From positions 19,096,001 through 19,160,000 of the forward strand of contig NC_043009.1 of assembly GCF_006345805.1 (NCBI RefSeq): a stretch of DNA of 64,000 nt, written 5' to 3'. Source of the DNA: Octopus sinensis. Its lineage: Eukaryota. The notes under the pieces were generated by a model that worked only from the letters and a program-made list of their open reading frames with translations, was not told where the DNA came from and made no database searches. Within the stretch, counting starts at the first letter, position 1, and every line of letters begins with the position of its first letter. Made by a program: the position numbers and the translations under genes. Shown here piece by piece: positions 63,535 to 64,000 of the stretch.

Positions 63535-64000
63535 TACTTATACATGCGCACATACATACACACACAAACACACACATATATATGTGTGTATCTACATCTA
63601 TATGTATATATGTATATATATATATATATATACAATATTCATGATGTTTATATCCTAGTGCATTTCCCAGTCAACATCAAACTTACTAGAAGCGACTTAA
63701 GAAAACACACCAGATTACGAAGTCATGGACGGATATATATATTGGTTATCTATAATACTTGGTAGGTAAAAGCTTTCGTACAATTGGGAGCAAATAAGGT
63801 ATTCCTTGGTTAAAACGGGTGGAAAGCAGAGACACAATGGAAGACTGGCTAGCACTTCGAATTTTGCTCCTGTCATTAAGTCTCTTAATCTTTAAATAAC
63901 CGATTCTGTCTAAGTGCTTTGGAAGTTGTTAGGAATACTTATAGGATCTTCTTATATTTCAATCTTAGAAATAATTCAAAAAGTCACTTACCAAATATCT

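Overview
AT-rich, repeat-dense eukaryotic DNA with (TA)n/(CA)n/(ATT)n/(GATA)n microsatellites. The tRNA-derived SINEs and the LINE/mariner complement point to an octopus (coleoid cephalopod) genome; this is inference, no search was run. Most six-frame ORFs are microsatellite translations or decayed transposon fragments. Reading splice signals by eye gave two host loci that the ORF track shows only in pieces. (1) A minus-strand gene, 46601->25409, with TATA and Inr and seven coding exons joined by phase-1 introns, encodes a predicted 368-aa secreted protein made of four tandem PAN/apple domains, one per exon, in an ABAB pattern. (2) A plus-strand family of short Cys-rich exon pairs at 1598-18104 has an intact, in-phase core (6084-6163, 6824-6899, 7406-7494) and a terminal exon carrying a GPI-type tail (16231-16340), surrounded by several frameshifted relics. 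The two loci are convergent. The rest is mobile DNA: Tx1/L1, Dong/R4, Hero, RTE and CR1-like LINEs, Penelope fragments with inverted pseudo-LTRs and hammerhead-like motifs, a Gypsy LTR element, mariner, maT/DD37D and pogo transposons, Helentron-like elements, MITEs and SINEs. TE boundaries are approximate unless a TIR or TSD is given.
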